A stretch of DNA of 64,000 nucleotides from a virus, in IMG/VR virus record IMGVR_UViG_3300045988_146009, positions 4,816-68,815 of that record; one strand, 5' to 3'. Position numbers and translations under genes: made by a program. The notes below the pieces were generated by a model that made no database searches, was not told where the DNA came from, and saw only the letters and a program-made list of their open reading frames with translations. Shown piece by piece: positions 46,932-56,868 of this stretch. How positions within the stretch are numbered: the first letter of the stretch is position 1; each line of letters opens with the position of its first letter.

Positions 46932-47540
46932 ATGTCAAATCAAGTTGTACCCCCTTATCCCAGTGAAGTAACAACCGTTACTCTCGCTCAAGCTCAGGCT
47001 GGAATTCAGATTGCGGTTAATCAACCTGTTTCTATTACCGGGTTGACCGCCAATACCCGGTATCGAGTCACCTGTATTACCGACAAACACAGTACTATCA
47101 AAGTAGCTACCGATGGGTCCACTGTAGCCGATGGACAGATTAGCGGCATTCCCGCTTACATTTCTCCCGCCGCAACTACGGCCACCATTACTGTAACCAC
47201 GTTCGCTACTACGGTCGCCACGTTAACGGTGGAAGCCGCTCCTATTGCCGCCCCAACAGACGTAACCCTCCCCTCCCTTCTTACCCCCAATGTAAGGTAT
47301 AAAGTCACTGGTGCTCCAGGTGCCAACGTTCCTTTCATACTTTCTTTGAAGGCACCCTCCGTGGTTTCCCTTTTTGTGTCATACCTTTCCTCTGATGGGA
47401 GTGTGGTATTCAGGGATGTTGTCATTGGTATGAATGAGTTACGAAATTTAACGAACCTCGGCAAGGGGGACATCCTCCTCTATGTTGATGGAGACAGTCA
47501 GGCCGAAGTGAATTTTTCCTTTACACCTGCCGCTCCGTAA
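46932..47540 (+). CDS. Thr/Val/Ala-rich beta-type structural protein (paralog of the next gene)
   Basis: 202 aa. TRYRVTCITDKHSTIKVATDG...TATITVTTFA parallels TKYTLTVSSDKFCEVLVTTD...TARITVYAP in 47572-48519. Confidence 0.5.
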   Translation: MSNQVVPPYPSEVTTVTLAQAQAGIQIAVNQPVSITGLTANTRYRVTCITDKHSTIKVATDGSTVADGQISGIPAYISPAATTATITVTTFATTVATLTVEAAPIAAPTDVTLPSLLTPNVRYKVTGAPGANVPFILSLKAPSVVSLFVSYLSSDGSVVFRDVVIGMNELRNLTNLGKGDILLYVDGDSQAEVNFSFTPAAP

Positions 47541-47571
47541 TATACTATAACATCAATTCTTTTACTGAAAA

Positions 47572-48519
47572 ATGACTGCCATTCCTATTCCAGCTACTGA
47601 CGTTACCCTCCAGGCGGGGGTAACGTATCAGCTTACAGGTCTTACGGCCTCCACAAAGTACACCCTAACAGTATCTTCGGACAAGTTCTGCGAAGTCCTG
47701 GTAACTACCGACGTTAACGAGAATCCTACCGTTCTTGCTCAGGGCCAGCTCTACAACGCTCCGTTTACTTTCACCGAACCTGCGGCTCAGACAACCGCTC
47801 GTATCACGGTATATGCCCCCACTGGTGCCAACCTGAAACTTACGGGCGCGGCCACCCCGGCAACTCCCGCCGCAGTTGAGCTGGTTTCCCCCGCTCTCCC
47901 TAATACGGCTTACAAGAAGACGGGACTCACCGTAGGTAAAACCTACGTCGTACAGATTAGCGGGAACACCCCTAGCTGTGTTGGTCTTGGTTGGGAGGGA
48001 GGTACGGAACTCGAACCGCTCATTGCTACCAATGGCAAGGCTATTATTGTGGCCGAAGCTACCCAGCTAAATCTTTGGCTGGACAGTGCGGAATCTGCCA
48101 CCATTACTGTAACGGAAGCCACGTCTCTTCCCCCGTGTTATATCCCAACCGTAACCGTTGATTTAGCTGAGGCCACCAAGGTAGTATCCCTGCCCGCTGG
48201 CTCCCCTGCTGGATTATACAGGGTGGATATTTCTGTGGATGATAAATCCGCAACGGCTCATGACTCCACCATTACCGCAACTCCTACAAATTCTATCTTA
48301 TTGAATTCTGTATTGGGCTATGCTGACGCAGGGGGCTACATGGCTCCTTCCACTCTTGCCGCTGGAGTAATTTCTGGAGTGAGCGACATGAAGGGTAGCC
48401 TCGTTATTACCTCTCCGTATCAAGCCCAGGCAACTACGGTACTCACCTATAAGCCTGCAACGGGTGCAACAGGTTGGAGCGGTAAAGCGATTGTGTCTTA
48501 CCTCGGTCCGATTTCCTAA
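47572..48519 (+). CDS. Thr/Val/Ala-rich beta-type structural protein (Ig-like decoration or tail component)
   Basis: 315 aa, a paralog of the upstream gene. Confidence 0.5.
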   Translation: MTAIPIPATDVTLQAGVTYQLTGLTASTKYTLTVSSDKFCEVLVTTDVNENPTVLAQGQLYNAPFTFTEPAAQTTARITVYAPTGANLKLTGAATPATPAAVELVSPALPNTAYKKTGLTVGKTYVVQISGNTPSCVGLGWEGGTELEPLIATNGKAIIVAEATQLNLWLDSAESATITVTEATSLPPCYIPTVTVDLAEATKVVSLPAGSPAGLYRVDISVDDKSATAHDSTITATPTNSILLNSVLGYADAGGYMAPSTLAAGVISGVSDMKGSLVITSPYQAQATTVLTYKPATGATGWSGKAIVSYLGPIS

Positions 48520-48574
48520 AACAAAAAAAGGGTAGGAGCTAACACCTCCTACCCTAAACCTTTCTTCAAAATCT

Positions 48575-50644
48575 ATGGCATTTACGATTCAACCTTACAC
48601 TTTAGGGGACCCTATTACGCCGAATACGACATATAGCCTCCCCTCGCTGACACATTCTGCCGCGGCCCTAACTTCTACATATCCGAAGGTAGTCCTTGAA
48701 GTGGTTACAAAGGCCCCTGCGGATGATGCGTGGAGTAATATCCTTCCTATTGACTACCTCGTTAATGGCGAAGTCTGTGGAACCATGCTTGATTTAACCG
48801 CAGGTACTAGTCAAATCCTATATTTCCGAGTACCTGTTACTGACCCCGCTGTTAAATACGCCACCCTAAAGCTCGATACGCTCGGCTTCAACTATCCGGA
48901 CGTAGAGGAAATTAAGACCTATGAGGACGCTTCGGGCGCAACGAGCGGGTACTGGGATATTACCTCCCTCGTAGAAAAGGGAAGCGTTCATACTCTCAGC
49001 GTGGTACAGGCCAACCTCGGCGTATCAGACCCAAACATTACCCAACCAGTCATCAATATCCTCGGTGTAGGTGCTGACTCGAATGTCCGTTCAGTAATGA
49101 GAGAGGGTCAGCAAGGCCCCGCTCAGTTTCCCTTCCTCCCCGATAGCCTGAGAACGGTGGTTCATCTATCTGCTCCGGAAGGATTTACTTATAAGTTTAC
49201 TGTTCAGAAGGTAAATTTTGGTGGAGCATCTGGCGGATTTGACCCCACGCAAGATGCTGATATTACTGGGACTTGGAGTTTCAGTAAGGTATCGGGGTTA
49301 ACGATGAATAACGAGGCACCTATCATTTTAGGACAGGGGGTTAATGCAGTAAAAATCCATGGTTCTGGAACAGGGCCCGCAGTTATTGAGGGTAGTAATT
49401 CCAGTTCTCTCAGCATTGCAATTCCTATTAGTACTCAGGAAACAGTAACCGCCCATGATGGTATATCCTTTGATAGTAGCACTATCACTACAGAGAAGAA
49501 CTTACTCCTTTTTGTAGGACCCTCTTCCACAATGAGATTAGCTCAGTCCGCGGACGGCAACCTCCATGTTGGACCCTTACCTCGAGGGGGACTAAGCGTG
49601 GGGACGACAGGGGTTTGCGCTTTCTCTTCCTATGTTTATTTTAAAGGAGCGACCTTCGAACAGGGGGTTACTTTAGGAAGCACCATGACTGTAGCAGGTG
49701 CCGCCACCTTCTCTAGTGGGATTCAAACCCCCGCAACAGCGGTGTCTTATTTTGGACCACTTACCCAGGTTCAAGGGACTAGCGATGGTGGACTCAACAT
49801 TACGGGGGGTATAGATAAAAAGTTGACGACGAACTTGGCTATCGACCCCGCGGGTGGTATCAATTACGTGATTGTAGGAGGCAGTAGCACTGCTCAAACT
49901 CTCTGCACCATGTACCACCCTACCTTGGACTCCTATGGTTGTAAGTGGACCTATACAGCCAACAACGGCTACTATCAGCTTCGCCACAAGAACGGTACAG
50001 CCTGGATGACTTTCGACCCGACAGGAGATGTATTCTTTTCTCAGACCATTGACGTAACAGGGGCTTCCGTTTTTAAGGCGGGCGTGACGATGAATCAGAC
50101 CCTTACTGTTGCCGGAGGTTCTATTTTAAGTGGGGGAATCACGTTTAAGACAGGGTTCCAAACCATAGTGGGGCAACGTACCCCGGTGGCAGTAACTTTC
50201 CAGCCTGCCAATGAGGGTCAGATGGAAGATATTCAGCTACAGACGGATGCTGGAGGGGCTTATATTAGACTAAGCCGTACTACCTTCTATATGGGAAGTA
50301 CAACCCCCGATGCTAATGATGTGCTCAATGTATCTGAAATGGACCTGCGGTACATGCAAAAACCTGCGAACGATGCACCTATGATATTTCCGGGGGAGCT
50401 ACAGGTTGCTGGCCTTGTACAAGCTCAGAACCTGCGAGCCACCAGCGGTATCAACAAGAATAACCAGCCTATAGCAAACCTGACGGACATGTCGGTGCTG
50501 AACCGGAGTGAAAATGATGACAGATATTGCAAGTTCGTTTCATTGACGTCTGCTCAGTATACGGATTTGGCCACAAAAGACCCCACTACCCTATACCGAA
50601 TTACTGACAGCAATCTCGTGTACCTGGGAACCATTCAACTCTAA
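48575..50644 (+). CDS. fibre-like structural protein with internal repeats
   Basis: 689 aa. Repeated GVTLGSTMTVAGAATFSSGIQT / GVTMNQTLTVAGGSILSGGITFKTGFQT units. Gly/Thr/Ser-rich. Confidence 0.5.
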   Translation: MAFTIQPYTLGDPITPNTTYSLPSLTHSAAALTSTYPKVVLEVVTKAPADDAWSNILPIDYLVNGEVCGTMLDLTAGTSQILYFRVPVTDPAVKYATLKLDTLGFNYPDVEEIKTYEDASGATSGYWDITSLVEKGSVHTLSVVQANLGVSDPNITQPVINILGVGADSNVRSVMREGQQGPAQFPFLPDSLRTVVHLSAPEGFTYKFTVQKVNFGGASGGFDPTQDADITGTWSFSKVSGLTMNNEAPIILGQGVNAVKIHGSGTGPAVIEGSNSSSLSIAIPISTQETVTAHDGISFDSSTITTEKNLLLFVGPSSTMRLAQSADGNLHVGPLPRGGLSVGTTGVCAFSSYVYFKGATFEQGVTLGSTMTVAGAATFSSGIQTPATAVSYFGPLTQVQGTSDGGLNITGGIDKKLTTNLAIDPAGGINYVIVGGSSTAQTLCTMYHPTLDSYGCKWTYTANNGYYQLRHKNGTAWMTFDPTGDVFFSQTIDVTGASVFKAGVTMNQTLTVAGGSILSGGITFKTGFQTIVGQRTPVAVTFQPANEGQMEDIQLQTDAGGAYIRLSRTTFYMGSTTPDANDVLNVSEMDLRYMQKPANDAPMIFPGELQVAGLVQAQNLRATSGINKNNQPIANLTDMSVLNRSENDDRYCKFVSLTSAQYTDLATKDPTTLYRITDSNLVYLGTIQL

Positions 50645-50659
50645 CATTTCACAACTACT

Positions 50660-51037
50660 ATGTTCATTCATATCCAATACCATCTGAACGAAGAAAGAAA
50701 ATTTCTCCCCATGGAAGGGACTATTTCTTTCGTAGGTCCGAAATCTGATAACTGGGCCTATTCCTCCTCCATGAGTCTCAAGGACCTCCCTGCCAAACAA
50801 CTCGCAGTTTATCAGGGAATTACAACCCTCATTCAAAGTGGAAGTCAACCTTGGGTAGCCTCTCAGATTCATGCTTTCCCCACCGCTACAGCGACTGGGG
50901 CTAAAGCTGTTAGCCTACATATTGAGGCCATCCATGATACCACGAATGCTATCCGTGTTTTCACACCCAAGGAAGACCCCAATCTCCTGGTGGAAGGAGA
51001 CGAAGCATATTCGTTCTTTGATTATTTTACTAAGTAA
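50660..51037 (+). CDS. hypothetical protein
   Basis: 125-aa ORF. Confidence 0.45.
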   Translation: MFIHIQYHLNEERKFLPMEGTISFVGPKSDNWAYSSSMSLKDLPAKQLAVYQGITTLIQSGSQPWVASQIHAFPTATATGAKAVSLHIEAIHDTTNAIRVFTPKEDPNLLVEGDEAYSFFDYFTK

Positions 51038-51042
51038 ACATT

Positions 51043-51096
51043 ATGAAAAAAGGCAAAGGCAAAGGCAAAGGAAAGGGTAAGGGTTGCGGTAAGTAA
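51043..51096 (+). CDS. 17-aa Lys/Gly-repeat mini-ORF (MKKGKGKGKGKGKGCGK), speculative
   Basis: An ATG followed by (GGCAAA)n repeats, then a stop just before the terminator. Confidence 0.2.
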   Translation: MKKGKGKGKGKGKGCGK

Positions 51097-51116
51097 TCCG
51101 ACCTTATAAAAATTCA

Positions 51117-51157
51117 GCAACCCCGCTTTGTATGACACAGAGCGGGGTTGCTTTTTA
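51117..51157 (+). terminator. rho-independent terminator whose loop carries GTATGACACA
   Basis: Stem GCAACCCCGCT / AGCGGGGTTGC, loop TTGTATGACACAG, then TTTTTA. Confidence 0.65.
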
Positions 51158-51181
51158 TCTATATTGCATTATCCTCAAACC

Positions 51182-51823
51182 ATGTCTGAACCAATCGACG
51201 TAATCGAACAAAGCGTAGAGATGTGGACTCCACCCCCACTGCTTGAACAGCAACTTGAGTTAGCCGCAAAGGCTGGACGAGTATGTTACCAAAGTGAAGG
51301 TAAAACCCCCAAGGAAGAATTTTTACGCCGCATTATTAAGATGGGACATGAGAGCGTACTTGAACACGCTTCCGTCACTTTCTCTATCATCACGAACAGG
51401 GCAGTAACTCACCAGCTTGTTCGCCATCGTATCGGCGTAGCATATAGCCAGGAAAGCCAGCGTTACTGCAACTACCAGGGGAAGCTACAGGTTATCCGAC
51501 CTTCCGAACCTATGGACAAGAATGCCTATTTGGATTGGGAATACTCCATGAAGACGTGCGCTCAAACCTATAATTGGCTGGTATGCAAGGACAATGAGTA
51601 CCGAGTTAAGCCGGAGGTAGCCCGCGGTGTTCTCCCCAACGATACCAAAACACAGGTTGTCGTGACCTTCAACATCCGTTCACTTCGTCACTTCCTAACT
51701 CTCCGTCTGGATACTCATGCCCAGCACGCCATCCGGGACATCGCCAGTAAAATCTACAAGCTAATAGACTTGCATGGCTTTGGTTATCTGCTCGAAGGAA
51801 TTAACACCAAGGGATTAATCTAA
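51182..51823 (+). CDS. thyX: flavin-dependent thymidylate synthase ThyX
   Basis: ThyX signature VTHQLVRHRIGVAYSQESQRY (RHRx7-8S..RY). N-terminal AAKAGRVCYQS. The start is trimmed to MSEPIDV, after the terminator. Confidence 0.75.
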   Translation: MSEPIDVIEQSVEMWTPPPLLEQQLELAAKAGRVCYQSEGKTPKEEFLRRIIKMGHESVLEHASVTFSIITNRAVTHQLVRHRIGVAYSQESQRYCNYQGKLQVIRPSEPMDKNAYLDWEYSMKTCAQTYNWLVCKDNEYRVKPEVARGVLPNDTKTQVVVTFNIRSLRHFLTLRLDTHAQHAIRDIASKIYKLIDLHGFGYLLEGINTKGLI

Positions 51824-52545
51824 TGAAGAAAGAACAACACACAGTAAAGCTCGTTGCTGAACTACAGAAGGCATACGATTACTTTAATGAACACCTTTTC
51901 AAGGACGAACTCCCTGATTGCATCATGGGGTTGTGCAATGCAAATAAAAGAACCTTGGGATATTACCACCGTAGTCAATACCTGACTACGGAAGGAGCTA
52001 TCAAAGTAGATAAGATTTCCTTAAACCCCTCATACTTTGTATCCCAAGGTGTTAAAAAAGTCATGGGGACTCTCGTCCATGAGATGTGCCACCTTTGGCG
52101 TGAAAGGATGTGTGACAAGCCATCTCGGGGTGGGTATCATGACCGTAAATGGGGGAGCAAGATGAAAGAGGTAGGGTTGTACCCTTCCAATACCGGGGAA
52201 GAAGGTGGAAAAGAAACAGGGAATCAGATGACCCACTACATTATTGTGGATGGTCCTTTTGATAAAGCCTTCAAGGAGCTTAAGGAAGAGCACAATATAA
52301 CTCTTCCCTATATTCACAAGACCCAACTGGGCTTCCTCAATGGAGTCAACAATCCCATGCTCAAAGAGAATCCTGAACTTCTGGAAGCTATTGAGAGGGA
52401 AAATCCTTTTGGAAGCATCTCCAAGAACCGTTCCAACCGGGTCAAGTACATTTGCCCTGTATGCAACTCCAAAGTATGGGGAAAGAAAGAGCTCTATATT
52501 GTATGTGGGGCCTGCAAAGTAACTATGGACCCGGATGATAATTAG
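51823..52545 (+). CDS. SprT-like zinc metalloprotease with C-terminal zinc ribbon
   Basis: LVHEMCHLW is the HExxH motif in the SprT/Spartan context. C-terminal CPVCNSKVWG...CGACK. Confidence 0.6.
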   Translation: MKKEQHTVKLVAELQKAYDYFNEHLFKDELPDCIMGLCNANKRTLGYYHRSQYLTTEGAIKVDKISLNPSYFVSQGVKKVMGTLVHEMCHLWRERMCDKPSRGGYHDRKWGSKMKEVGLYPSNTGEEGGKETGNQMTHYIIVDGPFDKAFKELKEEHNITLPYIHKTQLGFLNGVNNPMLKENPELLEAIERENPFGSISKNRSNRVKYICPVCNSKVWGKKELYIVCGACKVTMDPDDN

Positions 52546-52582
52546 CATTGACACGCACATAACCATATACTAAACTACATAG

Positions 52583-52960
52583 ATGGAAAACGAAAATCAA
52601 AAGAGCCTTGCCGAAACCTTGTATTACGCCGCTGGCAATACCTCTCCCTATGATAAAGCAACCTATGAACAACAGCGTCCCTTCATTCATCAAGCAACCT
52701 ATATTCATGCCCATAAAGATGAAATTGCCGCAGAAGTTCTCGGTGAAACCATCTCCCGATTTGGAGCCAACAACAAAGTAGTTGAAGTGGTAAAGGGCAT
52801 TATCATTGCTGGGCTTGGTGTAGCCGCGGCTCTCGGATTACAGGGTTGCACCACCACCTCTTTTTCCTATGATGCTGATACCGGACTTTTCTCTGTGTAT
52901 GGCTCTAGCCAGGAAGTAGAACAGACGGATGTTCCTCCGGCTGTCCAGGAATCCCATTAA
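52583..52960 (+). CDS. hypothetical protein with one TM segment
   Basis: 125-aa ORF with hydrophobic stretch VVKGIIIAGLGVAAALGL. Confidence 0.4.
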   Translation: MENENQKSLAETLYYAAGNTSPYDKATYEQQRPFIHQATYIHAHKDEIAAEVLGETISRFGANNKVVEVVKGIIIAGLGVAAALGLQGCTTTSFSYDADTGLFSVYGSSQEVEQTDVPPAVQESH

Positions 52961-52961
52961 C

Positions 52962-53996
52962 ATGTTAGAGGACAAACAACCACTTAGCGAGAGGACGGGG
53001 GAAGTTATTCCCCCTCCTCTTCATACCCTCCCACCTCTTCCTGAATTAAATACAGAAGGGGTAAATTGGCCTGGAATTCAATCCCCGTTCTATGGGAATG
53101 AAGGAATCCAGACCGAACCCCCTTTTATTGATTCTGACATTCCATCCCTCCGTAATAATCCGGGGCATTACTTCCAGGTATTTTATGACCCCGAGGAAGA
53201 TGGAACATGGCCCCAACTTCGTTTTACTCAGGGACTTATCATTGATGGGAACGAAAAATTCACCATAGGTTCCCAGCCGTATAGTAGCCCCAGGGGGAAC
53301 CCTGTAACAGGATGTTCTTCTGGTTCAAACCCCTCCAATAAAAAAGTTTGGCTAAACGTACTAAGTGACCGAAGTGCTTCTACTGTAAGTCTGGACGAAG
53401 ATACAAGCTCCGACTATAGCTTTGAGATTGCCAGGATTGATGACAACGGGAACCTGCAACAGTTGCACGATGGTGCTCTCGTTATCGGAGGGGGCGGAGG
53501 AGGCTCTTTCCCATTCCGAGTAACTACCCGCCGCCAGCAGAATCCCGTCACTCAGGCTTGGGAAACATTCGCTGTAGTAGATAAGGGGGGATTCCGGGAT
53601 ACTAAGAGGACTACTGTTCCGCTCACCCAATTTGGGACTACGGGGAAGGTAGAAATACCTATCGTTACTACCGGAACTTTACCTGTCCAACTGGAATGGA
53701 ATTACACATGGCCCTATGCCCCCATTACGGGCGCAACGGTCGTTGTGGACGATTCGCCCTGGGATGGCAAAACGGTCGTTACGCCCATTACGAGCGGTAC
53801 GGGAACCGGGAAAAGCAAATGTGTTCTGGCCCTGCTCGAAGTAACCGCTAACCCGCAAGGTGGATTTGATGCCACTGTTAAATCCCAGCTTGTAACCACG
53901 GGCCTCAGAGCGATGTGGTATTCTGCTTACGTGGATGATATCTCTGGCCAGATGGGACAGTATGCAGAAGTTTCAATAACTAATCCAGATGCCTAG
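52962..53996 (+). CDS. hypothetical protein (Gly/Thr-rich, possibly structural)
   Basis: 344 aa from the Met just after the upstream stop. Confidence 0.45.
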   Translation: MLEDKQPLSERTGEVIPPPLHTLPPLPELNTEGVNWPGIQSPFYGNEGIQTEPPFIDSDIPSLRNNPGHYFQVFYDPEEDGTWPQLRFTQGLIIDGNEKFTIGSQPYSSPRGNPVTGCSSGSNPSNKKVWLNVLSDRSASTVSLDEDTSSDYSFEIARIDDNGNLQQLHDGALVIGGGGGGSFPFRVTTRRQQNPVTQAWETFAVVDKGGFRDTKRTTVPLTQFGTTGKVEIPIVTTGTLPVQLEWNYTWPYAPITGATVVVDDSPWDGKTVVTPITSGTGTGKSKCVLALLEVTANPQGGFDATVKSQLVTTGLRAMWYSAYVDDISGQMGQYAEVSITNPDA

Positions 53997-54804
53997 TCTA
54001 TTAACCTTTCCTGAACCCATTGAGGGAAACTCCGGCAATGAGATTCTTTCTAAATGGTATAATCAGTATGCCTCTCCCCTAACCCCCGACAACTGGCTAT
54101 GGTATAATACTGGTGGTCCTACGCTTGAAGGAATGCCTACCCCAGGGGGGATGGCCTGCTCAATTCAGCAAGGGGCCACGTATAGGCCGGGCGTGAGGTG
54201 TTCCAACATAGTAGATGCCTGGAAGATATACAACGCTTTGGGGGATATTAACACACCTGCTCTCGCCGCATCTACTGGTTCTACCGGATGGAAGACCAAT
54301 ATTAACGCGGAGAAAAGACAAAGAATTTTTAATCCTGATGTTTGGAGTGTGTGGAATCCAGGCTCTCCCCAGCACGTCATGGCAGGATACGAAATCCCTA
54401 CTTGGCCTGTTGGGTTTCCCCCGGATGTAACAGGGGACCTAGCCGCTACTCTTGAATCAGACCAGACAGCCGTGCGCTACAACCTGCTTGGCCCCTGGTA
54501 CATTGAGAAAGATACAGGTGCAGTATATCTTGATTTTACCATATCCCTTGGGGGAACCTATGCACGAAGGATTCAGAGCCAGATTCAAACCCTTTTAATT
54601 TCCGCTAAACTTGGGAAGACCCAGTATGTCAGGTCCGGAACAAACCCATCATCCGTAAGAGAGATTACCTGGAACACCACTATAGCTGGTATTCCTGTAG
54701 AGTGCCTAGCTACATATTGGTGTTGGAGCCCGATAACTGTACCTGTCCCGGTAATATCACAAGTTGAGAAATGGTTTAAAGGTATTCAGTTTGGTTCATT
54801 ATGA
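53989..54804 (+). CDS. hypothetical protein (Trp/Pro-rich)
   Basis: 271-aa ORF. Confidence 0.45.
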   Translation: MPSLLTFPEPIEGNSGNEILSKWYNQYASPLTPDNWLWYNTGGPTLEGMPTPGGMACSIQQGATYRPGVRCSNIVDAWKIYNALGDINTPALAASTGSTGWKTNINAEKRQRIFNPDVWSVWNPGSPQHVMAGYEIPTWPVGFPPDVTGDLAATLESDQTAVRYNLLGPWYIEKDTGAVYLDFTISLGGTYARRIQSQIQTLLISAKLGKTQYVRSGTNPSSVREITWNTTIAGIPVECLATYWCWSPITVPVPVISQVEKWFKGIQFGSL

Positions 54805-55532
54805 CACAACCTGCTCTTGTAAATCCAGACGAAACAGATACAGTAAAACGCATGGAAACGAAAAGCACCGAGGATTGGCTCGACGGAGACTTCAAAGTAT
54901 TTGTCCTCGTGGAGTCCTACGTAACACCGCTCTACCCCTCAAGGGACGTGGACCTGCTCCACCTCAGTATTAACTATCTTAGAAATATTGGTGTAAAGCA
55001 GGAGGATATTGTTATTGTTGGGGATGAACCACAAGCACTCGCATATGGTGAGCAGTATGGAATGAAGACCTACAATACTTTGGAATATGATAGGACCAAG
55101 CGTAACTTGGAACCTATGGAACGAGCCTATGCGAAGCATGGGGAAGGGAAGAACCTTATTCTCCTCGCTAGTTCTTCCATATGTCCCTACCGGGAACATA
55201 ACTTTCTTCGTCAGTTCCAGAATGAAGTATTAGCTAATCCGGATAGCCAGTGCGTCTCCTTCGTGATGGACCCCTATCGTAAGAAAGATACCTACACGGG
55301 AGTTATGGGGTTCAATAAGAAGATGTTGAAGGAGTACTCTCTGGACAATCTTCTGATGGGAATCATCCCTGAAAGAAATGTATACCATAACCTGTTCTGC
55401 TCATACCGTATTATAACCCCTGACCAGCTTGGGAATGAAGATGTCATCAGAGCCATGACCAATCACGCCTACAATCTTAACATCTATGAATCTCCAGTAC
55501 CCTCTAACTATTCTTACAGCATTCCTCTCTAA
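54801..55532 (+). CDS. hypothetical protein
   Basis: 243 aa, ATGA-coupled. Confidence 0.5.
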   Translation: MTQPALVNPDETDTVKRMETKSTEDWLDGDFKVFVLVESYVTPLYPSRDVDLLHLSINYLRNIGVKQEDIVIVGDEPQALAYGEQYGMKTYNTLEYDRTKRNLEPMERAYAKHGEGKNLILLASSSICPYREHNFLRQFQNEVLANPDSQCVSFVMDPYRKKDTYTGVMGFNKKMLKEYSLDNLLMGIIPERNVYHNLFCSYRIITPDQLGNEDVIRAMTNHAYNLNIYESPVPSNYSYSIPL

Positions 55533-55645
55533 GGACATATTGGATGTAGCAGAAAATCTGAGAGAGTATATTCAAAACCAACCCACTAGAAGTTATTCCT
55601 ATTACCGGGAACAGTGGGAGGAAAGTATCAAACAAAAGGAAAACT

Positions 55646-55876
55646 ATGAAAACTAAAGACCCAACGCGGGAGAAACGGTTCGTACATATCTTGGATGAAT
55701 TCGTTGAAGTAGACCCCTACATTACTATCCGTTTAAACGTAGGTCCTCATAAAGGAGAACTAAGATATGTCCCTAATCCAGATTATTTCCATGCTGAATA
55801 TATCCAGGAGGGTAGGGAATACAAGAAGAGAAAGAAATACTTACCTAGACAAACCTCTAACCCAAAAACGCTATAA
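55646..55876 (+). CDS. hypothetical small basic protein
   Basis: 76-aa ORF. Confidence 0.4.
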   Translation: MKTKDPTREKRFVHILDEFVEVDPYITIRLNVGPHKGELRYVPNPDYFHAEYIQEGREYKKRKKYLPRQTSNPKTL

Positions 55877-55898
55877 CCTCTTAGAACTTATTAGAACC

Positions 55899-56354
55899 AT
55901 GGAAAAAGAAAACAAACAATATGTCGAAGCCATCACGAAAGAAATCCGTTATCCCTACGGTCCCGGTATCCAGAAACTCGACGACGGGTCGTTCAAAATC
56001 ACTGTATGTCGTTCTGAATGTAGGGCTGTTGCTAAGGCTGATAACCTTGAAGTGGCTAAGGCCATCCAAGACAAACTGAAAACTGATTCAGGATATTTCC
56101 TTTCTTGCGTATCTAGTATTCTCCACAAGGAGGTTACGAAGATTCGGAACCAGGATATTGAATCCAAGTCAGCCTCCATTATACGATTGGTCAATGAGAT
56201 TATGGGACTTGTGGAAGAAGGGAGGATGCTATTTCAACAAGCTGTGTCCCAAGGCATTGAGGGAGACGTTCTCACCCGAGCCTATTCGGGGCTTGCTGAG
56301 TTATATCCCGGGAATCCGGAAGTACCCCTTCTCCATCTAATCTCTGAGGATTAA
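55899..56354 (+). CDS. hypothetical protein
   Basis: 151 aa from MEKENKQ. The longer ORF-track start at 55767 overlaps the upstream gene. Confidence 0.45.
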   Translation: MEKENKQYVEAITKEIRYPYGPGIQKLDDGSFKITVCRSECRAVAKADNLEVAKAIQDKLKTDSGYFLSCVSSILHKEVTKIRNQDIESKSASIIRLVNEIMGLVEEGRMLFQQAVSQGIEGDVLTRAYSGLAELYPGNPEVPLLHLISED

Positions 56355-56391
56355 TCTTGTCATACCGTACTAAACGTACTACACTTTCGAT

Positions 56392-56868
56392 ATGGACTGG
56401 AACAACCTATATTATGATGCAGGACGGAACTCGTGGATTACCCAGCAACAAGCTAGCTGGCCTTCCGTCTCCGTCCCTCCTCCGGCTGTAGTAGCCGATG
56501 CAAGCCTAATCCTTTCTTCCCCGGACGTTACTCAAGCTTTAACCATCACTGTTAAGAATGTTCCTACAGGTGGGAGTGTGTCAACCCCTGCTGTCTTCGA
56601 TATAGCCATGGTGAGTAAAAATGGAGAGGTAGTTTATAATAGTCAGAAACCCTTTAAAGTAGATATGAGCGGAAATACTTATACTGTTTCAGGAGCTTTC
56701 TCACTTATTGATTCTTACCCCACTATCATCTCCATTCTTGAAGATTACCCCTACATTGATGTAGACATGACCTTAAAGGATACCACCAACTTTAAATTCA
56801 TAACCTCCCCTGTTCGTGTACGAATCTACAATGAACTCTCTAATGTAAAGAAGCCCTATGGAAACTAA
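56392..56868 (+). CDS. hypothetical protein
   Basis: 158-aa ORF. Confidence 0.45.
   Translation: MDWNNLYYDAGRNSWITQQQASWPSVSVPPPAVVADASLILSSPDVTQALTITVKNVPTGGSVSTPAVFDIAMVSKNGEVVYNSQKPFKVDMSGNTYTVSGAFSLIDSYPTIISILEDYPYIDVDMTLKDTTNFKFITSPVRVRIYNELSNVKKPYGN

Noticed and set aside
52962-53996. YVDD tetrapeptide (AYVDDISGQ) as a possible reverse-transcriptase / DGR signature
   Set aside because: No other RT motifs (LPQG, F/YxDD context, thumb) in this Gly/Thr-rich protein, and no TR/VR repeat pair noticed. Coincidental.
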